Both the position numbers and the translations under genes were made by a program. Below, piece by piece: positions 10,465-19,569 of a stretch of DNA of 64,000 nucleotides. Each line of letters begins with the position of its first letter. The stretch's first letter is position 1. A model generated the notes under the pieces. It saw only the letters and a program-made list of their open reading frames with translations, was not told the origin of the DNA and searched no databases. The stretch comes from a virus (lineage: Duplodnaviria > Caudoviricetes): IMG/VR virus record IMGVR_UViG_3300001525_000522, positions 26,015-90,014 of that record; one strand, given 5' to 3'.

Positions 10465-10480
10465 ACAAATATAAATATAA
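10465..10480 (+). promoter_or_regulatory. Putative late promoter ACAAWTATAAATATAA
   Basis: Same 16-mer at 12493 and 21186; contains T4-late-type TATAAATA. Confidence 0.5.
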
Positions 10481-10503
10481 TCTTTTAAATTTAAGGAGAA
10501 TTC

Positions 10504-11406
10504 ATGAAAACTACAAGAAAAGCCTATGATTATGAAGCGGAACTAATAAATGAAAATAAATATAATGCATTAAACTGCTGTTATTTAAATAACCAACCTG
10601 ATGTAATGTATTTAGATATTTTGGATGCTATAAATGCAATGATACTAAATAATACTTTTTCTATTATAAAAGTAAGAGGGTCTTGTAAATTCTCAAAACC
10701 GGCTCAAAATTTAGAGTCTGCTATTGATATAGATATCCAAGGTGAAAATAATTCTGCAACCATTTTATTGGATTTTTGGAAAAATCAAAATTCGCCTTAT
10801 ATTAAAGTTTATAGGCCTCCATTTGGTTCTGTTTCTAGAACTGGAAGAATTTCTTTTTCAGAAATAACTCTTAAACCTGTAATAACAACTATTTATTTAA
10901 ATAGAGATTACTATGATGATTATAGCTATGTAACTCTTTGTAGTGACAAGATATATTTTAATAATGTAAAATCTTATACAGGTTTTAGAATCCAGGGATT
11001 AGCATTAAATGGAAACCCTACTCCTGAATCTGCCAGTGGAACTTCTTCTATACCTGAACTGGACTTTTATATTATCGATTCAATTGTAGAGGATCCCAAG
11101 GTATATTGTTTAAAGACCGGTTTTGGGCCTCTGCCAAATAATTCTCATACTCAACGCACCCGTTTTCACTTACAAAACAGTATCCTAACTGGCAATAAAG
11201 GTATTTGTTATAGCTATAGTTTAAACATAGGGTCAAGCATTCAAATGTTGTCTTCCATGATTTTTACACCTGGTGAAGATCAATCTGTAATATTTAGTGT
11301 TGCCAATTCTAGCAGTGATGAAGAAGATTGTGGAAAAAATACTAATTTATTTAAAGAGGTTACAGATATGGTGTGTAATCGTGGTTGGCCAAACTTCTTT
11401 GATTAG
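10504..11406 (+). CDS. Hypothetical beta-rich protein, possibly virion-associated
   Basis: AGGAG RBS; Ser/Thr/Asn/Ile-rich; preceded by the putative late promoter. Confidence 0.7.
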   Translation: MKTTRKAYDYEAELINENKYNALNCCYLNNQPDVMYLDILDAINAMILNNTFSIIKVRGSCKFSKPAQNLESAIDIDIQGENNSATILLDFWKNQNSPYIKVYRPPFGSVSRTGRISFSEITLKPVITTIYLNRDYYDDYSYVTLCSDKIYFNNVKSYTGFRIQGLALNGNPTPESASGTSSIPELDFYIIDSIVEDPKVYCLKTGFGPLPNNSHTQRTRFHLQNSILTGNKGICYSYSLNIGSSIQMLSSMIFTPGEDQSVIFSVANSSSDEEDCGKNTNLFKEVTDMVCNRGWPNFFD

Positions 11407-11647
11407 CCTGCATCAAAATATTTACCATTATTACAAACCTTGATGATATGATAAATCCAATAAATTTTAGAAATGTGATATTTTTCTTTAAATTTAGACA
11501 GCCATGCTTAGATTTCTTTTTAAATCAAATATCTGAAAATTAGAGACGGACGATTTAATAATATAAATAATAATTATAACTATCCATGGGATGTTGAAAA
11601 TTTATAGGTAATAATGCAGCAGTCAAAATAAATGAGTATAATAAATT

Positions 11648-12502
11648 ATGTTTATTATAGAAAGATACCACGACAAATTTAAGAGCAAAAAATGCATAGA
11701 AGGTCTTTTATCTGAATTAGGTAATTATGAAAATGATACTTTTAATAAGGTTCATTTATCCGACAGAATGGCTTTATTAAATGATATTAAAGACCATGAA
11801 GAATATTATAAAGATTCTTCTCAATATAAATTTTTAGAAAAACATTTTAAGAATGTTCTTTTATTTGCAGAAAGAGTAGAGGTTCCTAATTTGAAAGTAA
11901 CTTCAGATGTGGAAGGAACCTCTATGTTATTAAGAAAAAACGGTATAATAGAAATTGCCAAAAGGTACATCAGTAAGAATACTAATAAAGTTTCTATGAC
12001 TACTGATACACCTAATAAGTGTTTGATTTCCAATGCTACTAGAGAAAAGTTTTTTAAAGAAGTAAAAAATTCTGGTCAAATAATCAGAGGAAAATTTAAT
12101 GACAGGTATTTTTTATCTGAAGGAACAGATTCATATGAAAAATGGTCTGAGAGCATGGATAAAGAATATTTCAGATTATCTAAAATAGACCTTAGAAAGA
12201 AAAGAACTTTAACCAGAATAGATGTTCCTGTAGGAATAGCCTCAATGGTACAGGAAACTAAAATGGACATCATAATTAAAGGAAATAATTATCTTAATTT
12301 TAAGTCAAACAGCATTTTAAATCCTTGGATAAAAAGAGGTTCAGAAAATCATTGTATATATGATATAGACGGAATCTTTTTGCAGTATGATACCGAACCT
12401 GTTTATTTCTCAAATATAACACAGATTTTAAATAAAATGCCTTTACAGGATTTATACGATTTAGCAGAAAAAATTTCACAAAAATTATCTCTACAATTAT
12501 AA
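11648..12502 (+). CDS. Hypothetical protein
   Basis: 284-aa ORF with genome-typical codon usage. Confidence 0.7.
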   Translation: MFIIERYHDKFKSKKCIEGLLSELGNYENDTFNKVHLSDRMALLNDIKDHEEYYKDSSQYKFLEKHFKNVLLFAERVEVPNLKVTSDVEGTSMLLRKNGIIEIAKRYISKNTNKVSMTTDTPNKCLISNATREKFFKEVKNSGQIIRGKFNDRYFLSEGTDSYEKWSESMDKEYFRLSKIDLRKKRTLTRIDVPVGIASMVQETKMDIIIKGNNYLNFKSNSILNPWIKRGSENHCIYDIDGIFLQYDTEPVYFSNITQILNKMPLQDLYDLAEKISQKLSLQL

Positions 12503-12508
12503 ATATAA
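12493..12508 (+). promoter_or_regulatory. Putative late promoter
   Basis: ACAATTATAAATATAA, identical to 21186..21201. Confidence 0.55.
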
Positions 12509-12531
12509 AATTTATAAGGAGATAAATAGAA

Positions 12532-12756
12532 ATGATCGATCTTTCTAATGTTCCTGGTGTAGTAACCATAGAGAACAAAGGCACTAAGGATGTTCAGATA
12601 AACCTTTCTGGATATAACCAGAGTTTTACTCTTCCTGCAAGTGAATCTGTAAAACTTAAAGTTAATGTTTCATCAGAACTCGTAGGATTTCTTTCTCAGG
12701 AAACAGATACTTTGAAAGTTACCCTTCCTACAGCGGCTGAAGATAAAACAGATTAA
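12532..12756 (+). CDS. Small beta-rich protein, possible head decoration protein
   Basis: AGGAG RBS, late motif upstream, terminator downstream, capsid-like codon bias. Confidence 0.65.
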   Translation: MIDLSNVPGVVTIENKGTKDVQINLSGYNQSFTLPASESVKLKVNVSSELVGFLSQETDTLKVTLPTAAEDKTD

Positions 12757-12789
12757 TTAAAGCTTATCTGTTCATGGAATAACCTTCTT

Positions 12790-12828
12790 AAAAAGTAAAC
12801 TAAGTCTTTTGATTTAGTTTACTTTTTT
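12790..12828 (+). terminator. Terminator hairpin
   Basis: AAAAAGTAAACTAAGTC-TTTT-GATTTAGTTTACTTTTT. Confidence 0.8.
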
Positions 12829-12869
12829 ATTTTGTCAATATTAAATTATTAAAATAGGTGATAAAATAA

Positions 12870-13577
12870 ATGACATTACAGGCAGCAATAGAAGAGATAA
12901 AATTTAAGCTTGGTGCAGCTAAAGGATTAGGTGTGAAGTTAGAGCTTAATGATAAAGACCTCACTACATTAGTACAGGCCTCATTAAGAGAACTAACAAC
13001 TTATATGGACACACCTAAATTTTCTACTGTGCCTTTTCAGCCTATAATAGATATTTCTAAACTTAAAATAGCGAGTGTTATAAATGTTATGAGGGCAGAA
13101 CCACCTGCAGGCGTAATGCAAGGTGTATCTTTAGACCCATTTTACTTGTCTACAGTTACAGCTATTAAACCTGGAGATGGAAGTACTGATGCTCATGGCA
13201 TAATGCAAACACAGATTCAATATGCAGTAAGAGCTATGATGCAGAATACTGTACAAGAAGACCTTTCTTATATGACAGATTTATATGAAAAGAAGCTTTT
13301 TGTTAGTTATTCCGGTATTCAGCCTACTGCCTTAACTATAATATATAAACCAATAATTGAAAGCATCGAGGATTTACCGAGTGATTACTGGGTGACATTC
13401 CTGATTAGATTAGCTACAGCACATGGAAGAATTGTAATAGGAGAAATAAGAGCCAAATATAGTGTTCCAAATTCTCCTATGTCAGTTAATGGCCAAGAGA
13501 TGTTATCACAAGGCCAGGCAGAATTAGGACAGGTTTTGGAGGAGCTCAGAGCAATGCGTTCTGCAGTATTTAGATAA
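12870..13577 (+). CDS. Neck / head-tail adaptor (T4 gp13-like)
   Basis: IEEIKFKLG...LELNDKDL...W...LATAHGRIVIGEIRAKY...NGQEMLSQGQAEL pattern. Confidence 0.7.
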   Translation: MTLQAAIEEIKFKLGAAKGLGVKLELNDKDLTTLVQASLRELTTYMDTPKFSTVPFQPIIDISKLKIASVINVMRAEPPAGVMQGVSLDPFYLSTVTAIKPGDGSTDAHGIMQTQIQYAVRAMMQNTVQEDLSYMTDLYEKKLFVSYSGIQPTALTIIYKPIIESIEDLPSDYWVTFLIRLATAHGRIVIGEIRAKYSVPNSPMSVNGQEMLSQGQAELGQVLEELRAMRSAVFR

Positions 13578-14059
13578 TGGCATCAATTACATGGGTTAAG
13601 AATTGGATTAGGACACATTCAAAAGAAATTGATGATGGACATTTAAAAGACCTCGTTAAAAATCTTAGTTCAAGGCTTAATAAGGCAGAGCTATTAGAGG
13701 TCTTACTCAAATTAAATATGGATTTAGGAAATGGTTTTCCTAATTTTAAAACTGACAAACTGGCTCTTATTAAATTTTTAGGATTGCTCTACTATAATTT
13801 TTCTAAGAAAATAGAAGAAGAACCCAGATGGTTGTCTATAATGATATATGACCGCACCTTTCCTAACAGTGTTGGAAATTTAAGAGAATATGCCCAACTT
13901 GCAAGAATGCTCGGATATGATTTATATTCAACTAATAGAGTATATTTTGGTAAATTTGATTTTTTAATTTGTAAAGACCATGCTCAATTCAGAGAGTGGC
14001 TCTCTGAAAATTCTGCAGATTATAGCCTGTTAGATTTTGCTCCTTTAGGTGAATGGTGA
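13577..14059 (+). CDS. Small protein, K.FI..N...ID paralogue family
   Basis: N-terminus VKNWIRTHSKEIDD. Confidence 0.7.
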   Translation: MASITWVKNWIRTHSKEIDDGHLKDLVKNLSSRLNKAELLEVLLKLNMDLGNGFPNFKTDKLALIKFLGLLYYNFSKKIEEEPRWLSIMIYDRTFPNSVGNLREYAQLARMLGYDLYSTNRVYFGKFDFLICKDHAQFREWLSENSADYSLLDFAPLGEW

Positions 14060-14063
14060 TTAA

Positions 14064-14546
14064 ATGAATAGAGAATATTTAAAAAAATTTATAGAAGCAA
14101 ATGAATCTTTAATAAATCAAAAAAGATTTAAAGAATGTATTTTAAAATTACCTTCTTATCCAGATAAGGCAGCTTTTATAAATCTTCTCTCCAGCTCAGG
14201 AGAAGTATTAGATTCTAGGATAAATCTTAAACTATCTCAGGTAGTTGAAGCAGCCTATGAAATTGCTGAAAAAATGAAGGAAGCTTTTATCCATACTAAA
14301 GATATTCCTACGGCAGATGATGTACTAAAAGATTCTGATTTTCTTGGACCAGAAACTGCTAAGGAAATTGCAAAAGTTGCTCTTTTTATGGGAGTGCCGG
14401 TAATAAAATATTCCGGAGGAGATGATGACTTATATATCTTCTGTAGTTCACTCTCAGAAGCTGAGAATTACGTGAGCATGTGTTCTAAAGAGCCAATAGA
14501 CGTTACTCAATTTAAACCAATACTTACAATTGGACAGGTAAACTAA
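14064..14546 (+). CDS. Small protein, K.FI..N...ID paralogue family
   Basis: N-terminus LKKFIEANESLINQ. Confidence 0.7.
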   Translation: MNREYLKKFIEANESLINQKRFKECILKLPSYPDKAAFINLLSSSGEVLDSRINLKLSQVVEAAYEIAEKMKEAFIHTKDIPTADDVLKDSDFLGPETAKEIAKVALFMGVPVIKYSGGDDDLYIFCSSLSEAENYVSMCSKEPIDVTQFKPILTIGQVN

Positions 14547-14547
14547 C

Positions 14548-16356
14548 ATGATAATAAATGCTTATCATGGAACAAGTTATGAAATTGAATATTTTGATTT
14601 AAATCATCTGGGCTCAGGTGAAGGCCAATCAGTTTTTGCAGGCATTTATTTTACCACTGATAAGAATAAAGCTCTTGATTATGCTAAATTAAGTTCACAA
14701 AAAACAGGAAATCCTCCTAGAGTATATGCTGCAGAATTAGAGTTGAATCATCCTTTATATGCCAGTAGAGGTAAAAAGTTTTTTGTAACAAAATCTGCCT
14801 ACATAGCTTTTCTAAAAGAATTTTTTCCAGATTGGTTTGAATCAGATGGCACATTAAAAAGAGTAAAAAGAGATTATGCAGAAGAGAAATATTCCACCTA
14901 TCAAGGTCAATGGAATATAATAAAATTCGCTGCGGATGAAAACAATCTCCCAATAACTGAATTAGAGGAATACCTGGGTTATGATAGTGCCGTAGATGGT
15001 ACTGATATTGCTATTACTAATCCAAATAGTATTCTTTCTTTTGAGGAAATTATTGGTCCTGATGTTGAAAAAGGTAAGCCTTCTAAAGAGGAGGTTGCTT
15101 TAGAAACCATTCGTGATAGGTATATAATAGATTCTAAGCATGGAGAAGATTATAAGACCATGCCTGGAAACAGGTATAAAAGAAGACTTAGAATAAGAAC
15201 TGAGGGTGGAAATAGGGTTTGGTATGACATAGATGCAAATCTATTTTTTAATAAGGACCAATTCTTATTTCATATTCCTGTAATTGGAGAAACAGATGAA
15301 TACGTGGTAGAAATTCTCATAGAAAATTGGCTACCAATACTTAGGTCAGACATTCAAAGAGACGGTTTTTCTGTAAAGGCATTTAAAAATTCTTTAGCAA
15401 AAGCTTTTAGAACTCTGAATATAAAATTACATTGCACTTGCGACGATTTCCGTTACAGATTTTCATTTTATTTTTCTTTGTTTGGAGATAATTCAGGTAC
15501 TCCAGAGACTAGGCCACCTGATATAACTAATCCCAAGAATAATTTGGGTAGAGGTTGTAAACATATAAACTTTGTTTTGATGAATACTATCTGGTTACCT
15601 AGAATAGCCAGAATTTTCTTTAACTATTGCTTTAATTTATATAAAACTAACAGACCTCTTTTTGAAAGAACCATCGCAAAGAAGCTAAATATCACAGATG
15701 ATATGGTAGAAAATAGGCCATTGGAGAGGAGAAAACCTAAGCCTGTAGAAGTTTTACCTGAAGAAAGTGAGCAGGAAAATCAAATTCCTGCAGAAGATGC
15801 TGAAAAAACAGAAGAGCCCTCAAATAAACAAACAGTTGAAAAACCTGCAGGAGAGGCTTATTATTCTAATTATTATAAAAATGCTAAATCTTTTGACCAA
15901 GACCAGCAATTTATGATAGATTCTGCCAAATCAGATGGCATAGATGTTTTACCATATATCACTCCTCAGAATAGTCCTGAACAAATATGGGAAGTCACTC
16001 GTGACATCCAGAGTAAAGTAAATCCTAATATTATAAATATATTAAGTAATCCTGATTTAAGTCTCCAAGAACATCAAATTTTAAGAGAATCATACAATAA
16101 AGGAATTAACTTATTTGATTACATTGGTCAGAGTCCTGATATATTAAAACAGCTTTATTTAGGAGCTAAACAAGGAATACCTCCTGAAGACCTTTTAATT
16201 AAAGGAAAGAATTATAGACAATTAGAACAGTTGAGGAATATTTATAAATTAGATAAAGTATTATTTAATAAGATTAAAAATCTTGATTTAAACTATGAGC
16301 AATTGAAAGCATTAATAAGGCAATTTAAGGAGACTGGCAATGTTAACCTTTCCTGA
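14548..16356 (+). CDS. ADP-ribosyltransferase-like domain + SWIM zinc finger + helical repeats
   Basis: AYHGT...GIYFTTD...A..YA...GYDS ART-like motifs; HCTCDDF...GCKH SWIM motif; C-terminal Q..I..G...GI repeats. Confidence 0.65.
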   Translation: MIINAYHGTSYEIEYFDLNHLGSGEGQSVFAGIYFTTDKNKALDYAKLSSQKTGNPPRVYAAELELNHPLYASRGKKFFVTKSAYIAFLKEFFPDWFESDGTLKRVKRDYAEEKYSTYQGQWNIIKFAADENNLPITELEEYLGYDSAVDGTDIAITNPNSILSFEEIIGPDVEKGKPSKEEVALETIRDRYIIDSKHGEDYKTMPGNRYKRRLRIRTEGGNRVWYDIDANLFFNKDQFLFHIPVIGETDEYVVEILIENWLPILRSDIQRDGFSVKAFKNSLAKAFRTLNIKLHCTCDDFRYRFSFYFSLFGDNSGTPETRPPDITNPKNNLGRGCKHINFVLMNTIWLPRIARIFFNYCFNLYKTNRPLFERTIAKKLNITDDMVENRPLERRKPKPVEVLPEESEQENQIPAEDAEKTEEPSNKQTVEKPAGEAYYSNYYKNAKSFDQDQQFMIDSAKSDGIDVLPYITPQNSPEQIWEVTRDIQSKVNPNIINILSNPDLSLQEHQILRESYNKGINLFDYIGQSPDILKQLYLGAKQGIPPEDLLIKGKNYRQLEQLRNIYKLDKVLFNKIKNLDLNYEQLKALIRQFKETGNVNLS

Positions 16357-16711
16357 AATCAAAGATGACTTAATATTATATATAAATGAGAATAAGGAAG
16401 TCATAGATACTGCGAATTTGGATGAAATTTTAGATGATATAGACAGAAATATTAATTTTCATTTTACAATAGATGAAGAAAACTTGGTAGCATTATTTAC
16501 GATTGCACTTTTATCACCTACAATATCTTTTGAACTTGTGGAATTGAAAAATAGCTATTTAGTTGTTTATGAAACGAATTCAGGTTATAAATTTTTAGGA
16601 ATGTCATGGAGACCAGATAATTGGAAAAACTTTAAAAATTTTATAAGAACTCTCAGATTTCCTAGAAATATTGAAGAAAAATTATTAAAGGCAGATATAA
16701 ATTTTAATTAA
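16340..16711 (+). CDS. Small protein, K.FI..N...ID paralogue family
   Basis: N-terminus MLTFPEI...LYINENKEVIDT. Confidence 0.7.
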   Translation: MLTFPEIKDDLILYINENKEVIDTANLDEILDDIDRNINFHFTIDEENLVALFTIALLSPTISFELVELKNSYLVVYETNSGYKFLGMSWRPDNWKNFKNFIRTLRFPRNIEEKLLKADINFN

Positions 16712-16714
16712 ACT

Positions 16715-17095
16715 ATGAAAGTATTAGATAAAACTCCAGATATGCAGGAATTGATGACTGCGGCTATACAAGAAGGCGTTACCAGCAAAGACTTATTTTA
16801 TAATGGTGATGCATATTATAATTCTTTTGCATTCTTTGATAAGATATTAGAAGGCAAGGATGATAATTATAAGAGGCAAACTATTGATAGGATTTTTAAT
16901 AACAGGCCTGGAGATAAATTTTATGATATATTGGTAAATTTTCTTAAGAAGAAAAAGAGCTATCCAAAATTAGAGCCTGCTTCTATTCAAAGAGAAAGAT
17001 TAGGCCCTTGGAAACCAATAGATGGCAGACATAGAGCAGCCTTTTGTGCAATTTTAGGAATTGCCTTGATGCCCGTAAAAGATATAATAGATTAG
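16715..17095 (+). CDS. Small ParB/Srx-like domain protein
   Basis: WKPIDGRHRAAFCAILGIALMPV matches the ParB-N DG.HR motif. Confidence 0.6.
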   Translation: MKVLDKTPDMQELMTAAIQEGVTSKDLFYNGDAYYNSFAFFDKILEGKDDNYKRQTIDRIFNNRPGDKFYDILVNFLKKKKSYPKLEPASIQRERLGPWKPIDGRHRAAFCAILGIALMPVKDIID

Positions 17096-17108
17096 AGTTA
17101 AAAAAAAA

Positions 17109-17528
17109 ATGAGAACATTTAAACAAACACTGCCTACATTAAAAAAATTTATTGAGAATAATGCAGAAATAATAAATATAATTCCTACAGAAACTGGAAT
17201 AAATGATTTAACCGATATTCTTAGTGAACTCCAGTTTACTCTTATAGACCTCGAAGAATCCAATATCATAGCATTTTATCTTATAGCTTATTTTGCAAAT
17301 GGGCCATTAAAATGGGTGAATTTTTCAGATATGTTTGAGCTAGAAAAAGAAGGCACATTTGAAGTTTATATCTATGATAAGGCTACCAAAGCAAATGGAT
17401 GGAATGGTGAATTTAGGAATACCGATATTAGGTACCCAGACCAGCTTTATGATGGCACTTGGATTAAAGAGATTCATTACCCATCTTCCATTGAAAGAGT
17501 TTTATTAGCTGCAGAGAGGGTTTCATAA
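17109..17528 (+). CDS. Small protein, K.FI..N...ID paralogue family
   Basis: N-terminus MRTFKQTLPTLKKFIENNAEIIN. Confidence 0.7.
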   Translation: MRTFKQTLPTLKKFIENNAEIINIIPTETGINDLTDILSELQFTLIDLEESNIIAFYLIAYFANGPLKWVNFSDMFELEKEGTFEVYIYDKATKANGWNGEFRNTDIRYPDQLYDGTWIKEIHYPSSIERVLLAAERVS

Positions 17529-17538
17529 GGAGAGCAGT

Positions 17539-18012
17539 ATGGCAAAATCAATTATACAGGATGATGCTAGAATATTTAAATTTTATGCTAAAGAAGCATT
17601 GGAGATGTATGGCATACCGAGTGAATATTACCAATGCAAACCTGGAAGAACTTTTACTACTTTAGGTGAATTAAAAGCCTGCTATTATGACCCTGTAAGA
17701 ACTAAGGTGATTTTTGACCAAGCACCTCAGGTAAGAACACTCAAAAAATTAGGTTGGGTAACAGAACTAGATGCTCAGCAACCTATAGTGCATGTAATGT
17801 TCGACCTTCCTGGATTAGAAGTAGGTTGTTTATTTAATATTAAGGACCCATTAACCATAGATTCTGGCAGAATGTTCAGAATAACTAAGATGTCTACTGG
17901 AATATTATATCCTGCTACAGTAACATGCCAGATAGTTGCCATTATGGGTGACGAAATAGAAGAAACGACTAATCCTTATGATGGTTCAGAATCAATTTTC
18001 TTGAACAAATAA
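17539..18012 (+). CDS. Head completion / neck protein (T4 gp14-like)
   Basis: EALEMYGIPSEYY...LKKLGW pattern; position in the head-tail region. Confidence 0.6.
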   Translation: MAKSIIQDDARIFKFYAKEALEMYGIPSEYYQCKPGRTFTTLGELKACYYDPVRTKVIFDQAPQVRTLKKLGWVTELDAQQPIVHVMFDLPGLEVGCLFNIKDPLTIDSGRMFRITKMSTGILYPATVTCQIVAIMGDEIEETTNPYDGSESIFLNK

Positions 18013-18022
18013 TGGAGGTAAT

Positions 18023-18880
18023 ATGATAAAAATTTCTAAATCTGCAACAGAAGCTCCTGCGCCTAGATTAGCTGCTCCATTGGCAAGTATGTCTAGAGTA
18101 TGGAGAGGCGTTAAGCAGGTTGCTAAAGATTTTGGAGATACCTACAAATCTGCTAAAGCTAAATCTAAGAAAGAACTGGAAGAACAGAGAAGTTATATAT
18201 CTGACAGAGATTTTAAGCCTAAAAAATTTAATATAGAAAATAAGAATAATGACCAACTCAATTCTGAAATTAGCAATTATTTTGGAGAAGACAGAATTGA
18301 TTTTATAAAAAAGGTATTAAGAAAAGATAAAGATACTTTAAGTGCAGAAGCTTTAATAGAAGCTGCTGATAAATTATCTAATTTAGAAAAACCTTTTACG
18401 TCTGCTTTATATAAAACATTGGAACTACTCCAATCTAAAAATAAGGAAATCAGTGAAATAGCTGTAAAGCTAATTGAAAGAGCTCCTGAGGATTTTTTAG
18501 ATATTTTTTCTAGCAGAGGAACCGCAGGATTATTTGATAAAAATGATTTTCAAATAAAGGCAATAAGTTATTTTAATAATCATGACGGAGATTTCAAAAA
18601 ACTTCGTAATCCATCTAATTCAGCATGGCTTCCAGCAGATAAGATGAAAAAGTCTATCGCAAATCTTTCTAAAGAAGAACAACAGAAAATGAAATCAAGA
18701 AGGATTTCTAAAAGAGAAAATCTCTCAAAAGAACTTCTTAAAAATATTAAAGACTATATAAAAAGAAATCCTAATAATGCCTTTGTCAAAATGGTCCAAG
18801 AGGAAAACTATACAGATGAACAATTGCTAGAGGCCAGAGACTTTTTTGAATCTCTTATAAAGGAGGAATCTAATGCTTAA
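18023..18880 (+). CDS. Hypothetical protein
   Basis: GGAGG RBS; 285-aa ORF. Confidence 0.75.
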   Translation: MIKISKSATEAPAPRLAAPLASMSRVWRGVKQVAKDFGDTYKSAKAKSKKELEEQRSYISDRDFKPKKFNIENKNNDQLNSEISNYFGEDRIDFIKKVLRKDKDTLSAEALIEAADKLSNLEKPFTSALYKTLELLQSKNKEISEIAVKLIERAPEDFLDIFSSRGTAGLFDKNDFQIKAISYFNNHDGDFKKLRNPSNSAWLPADKMKKSIANLSKEEQQKMKSRRISKRENLSKELLKNIKDYIKRNPNNAFVKMVQEENYTDEQLLEARDFFESLIKEESNA

Positions 18881-19517
18881 CTGTTATGATAAAGCCTTAA
18901 AAAATCATGTAGAGTCCTTTTTAAAAGTAGGCAAAAGAAAGATAAAAGTTTATGGTCTTCAAAATGAAGATTCTGAGGAAGATTTAGGTTTTACTCAGGC
19001 AGGTTTAAAAACGGATTCATTGACTTTTCCAATGGTAATGCTTATAAGATTGCCTGAAATAGAAATCACTGACAATGCAATGACTAAGAGACCTGCAAAC
19101 TATGAAGGTTATTTAGCTATAGATGATTCTTCTAAGGTTTCTCTCAATGTAATGAGATGCTCCTTGCATTATGTTTTAGATGTTGTTGCTGAAAATAGAA
19201 AAACCACTGAAGATATTGGAACACAGCTTTATTTCAGACTCAGGAATCATCCTAATTTCAGCGTAAGCATCTCTCTTCCTGTAAAAGATTCTGAAGGAAA
19301 TATTCTTACCACTGAATGCACACCTAACTTGGTGCTTTCCAATTCCTTAACGCATGTGCGCTCAAATAACAATGAATTAGCACAGTTATATAGGCTGAGA
19401 ATTAGCTTTGATTTAGAAAATGTAAATATCTTTGATTTTGAAAATCAGACAAGTTATGATATTGACTATAAGATTTTAGCAAGCTTAAAAGAACTGGTAA
19501 ACTTTAAAGAAATTTGA
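18873..19517 (+). CDS. Tail terminator / tail completion protein (gp15-like)
   Basis: FPMVMLIR...LHYVLDVVAENRK...LYRLRISF; immediately before the sheath gene. Confidence 0.55.
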   Translation: MLNCYDKALKNHVESFLKVGKRKIKVYGLQNEDSEEDLGFTQAGLKTDSLTFPMVMLIRLPEIEITDNAMTKRPANYEGYLAIDDSSKVSLNVMRCSLHYVLDVVAENRKTTEDIGTQLYFRLRNHPNFSVSISLPVKDSEGNILTTECTPNLVLSNSLTHVRSNNNELAQLYRLRISFDLENVNIFDFENQTSYDIDYKILASLKELVNFKEI

Positions 19518-19569
19518 GAATTCTCAATTTCGCAATATTAAAATATAATAATGTGAGGTAAATTAACAT

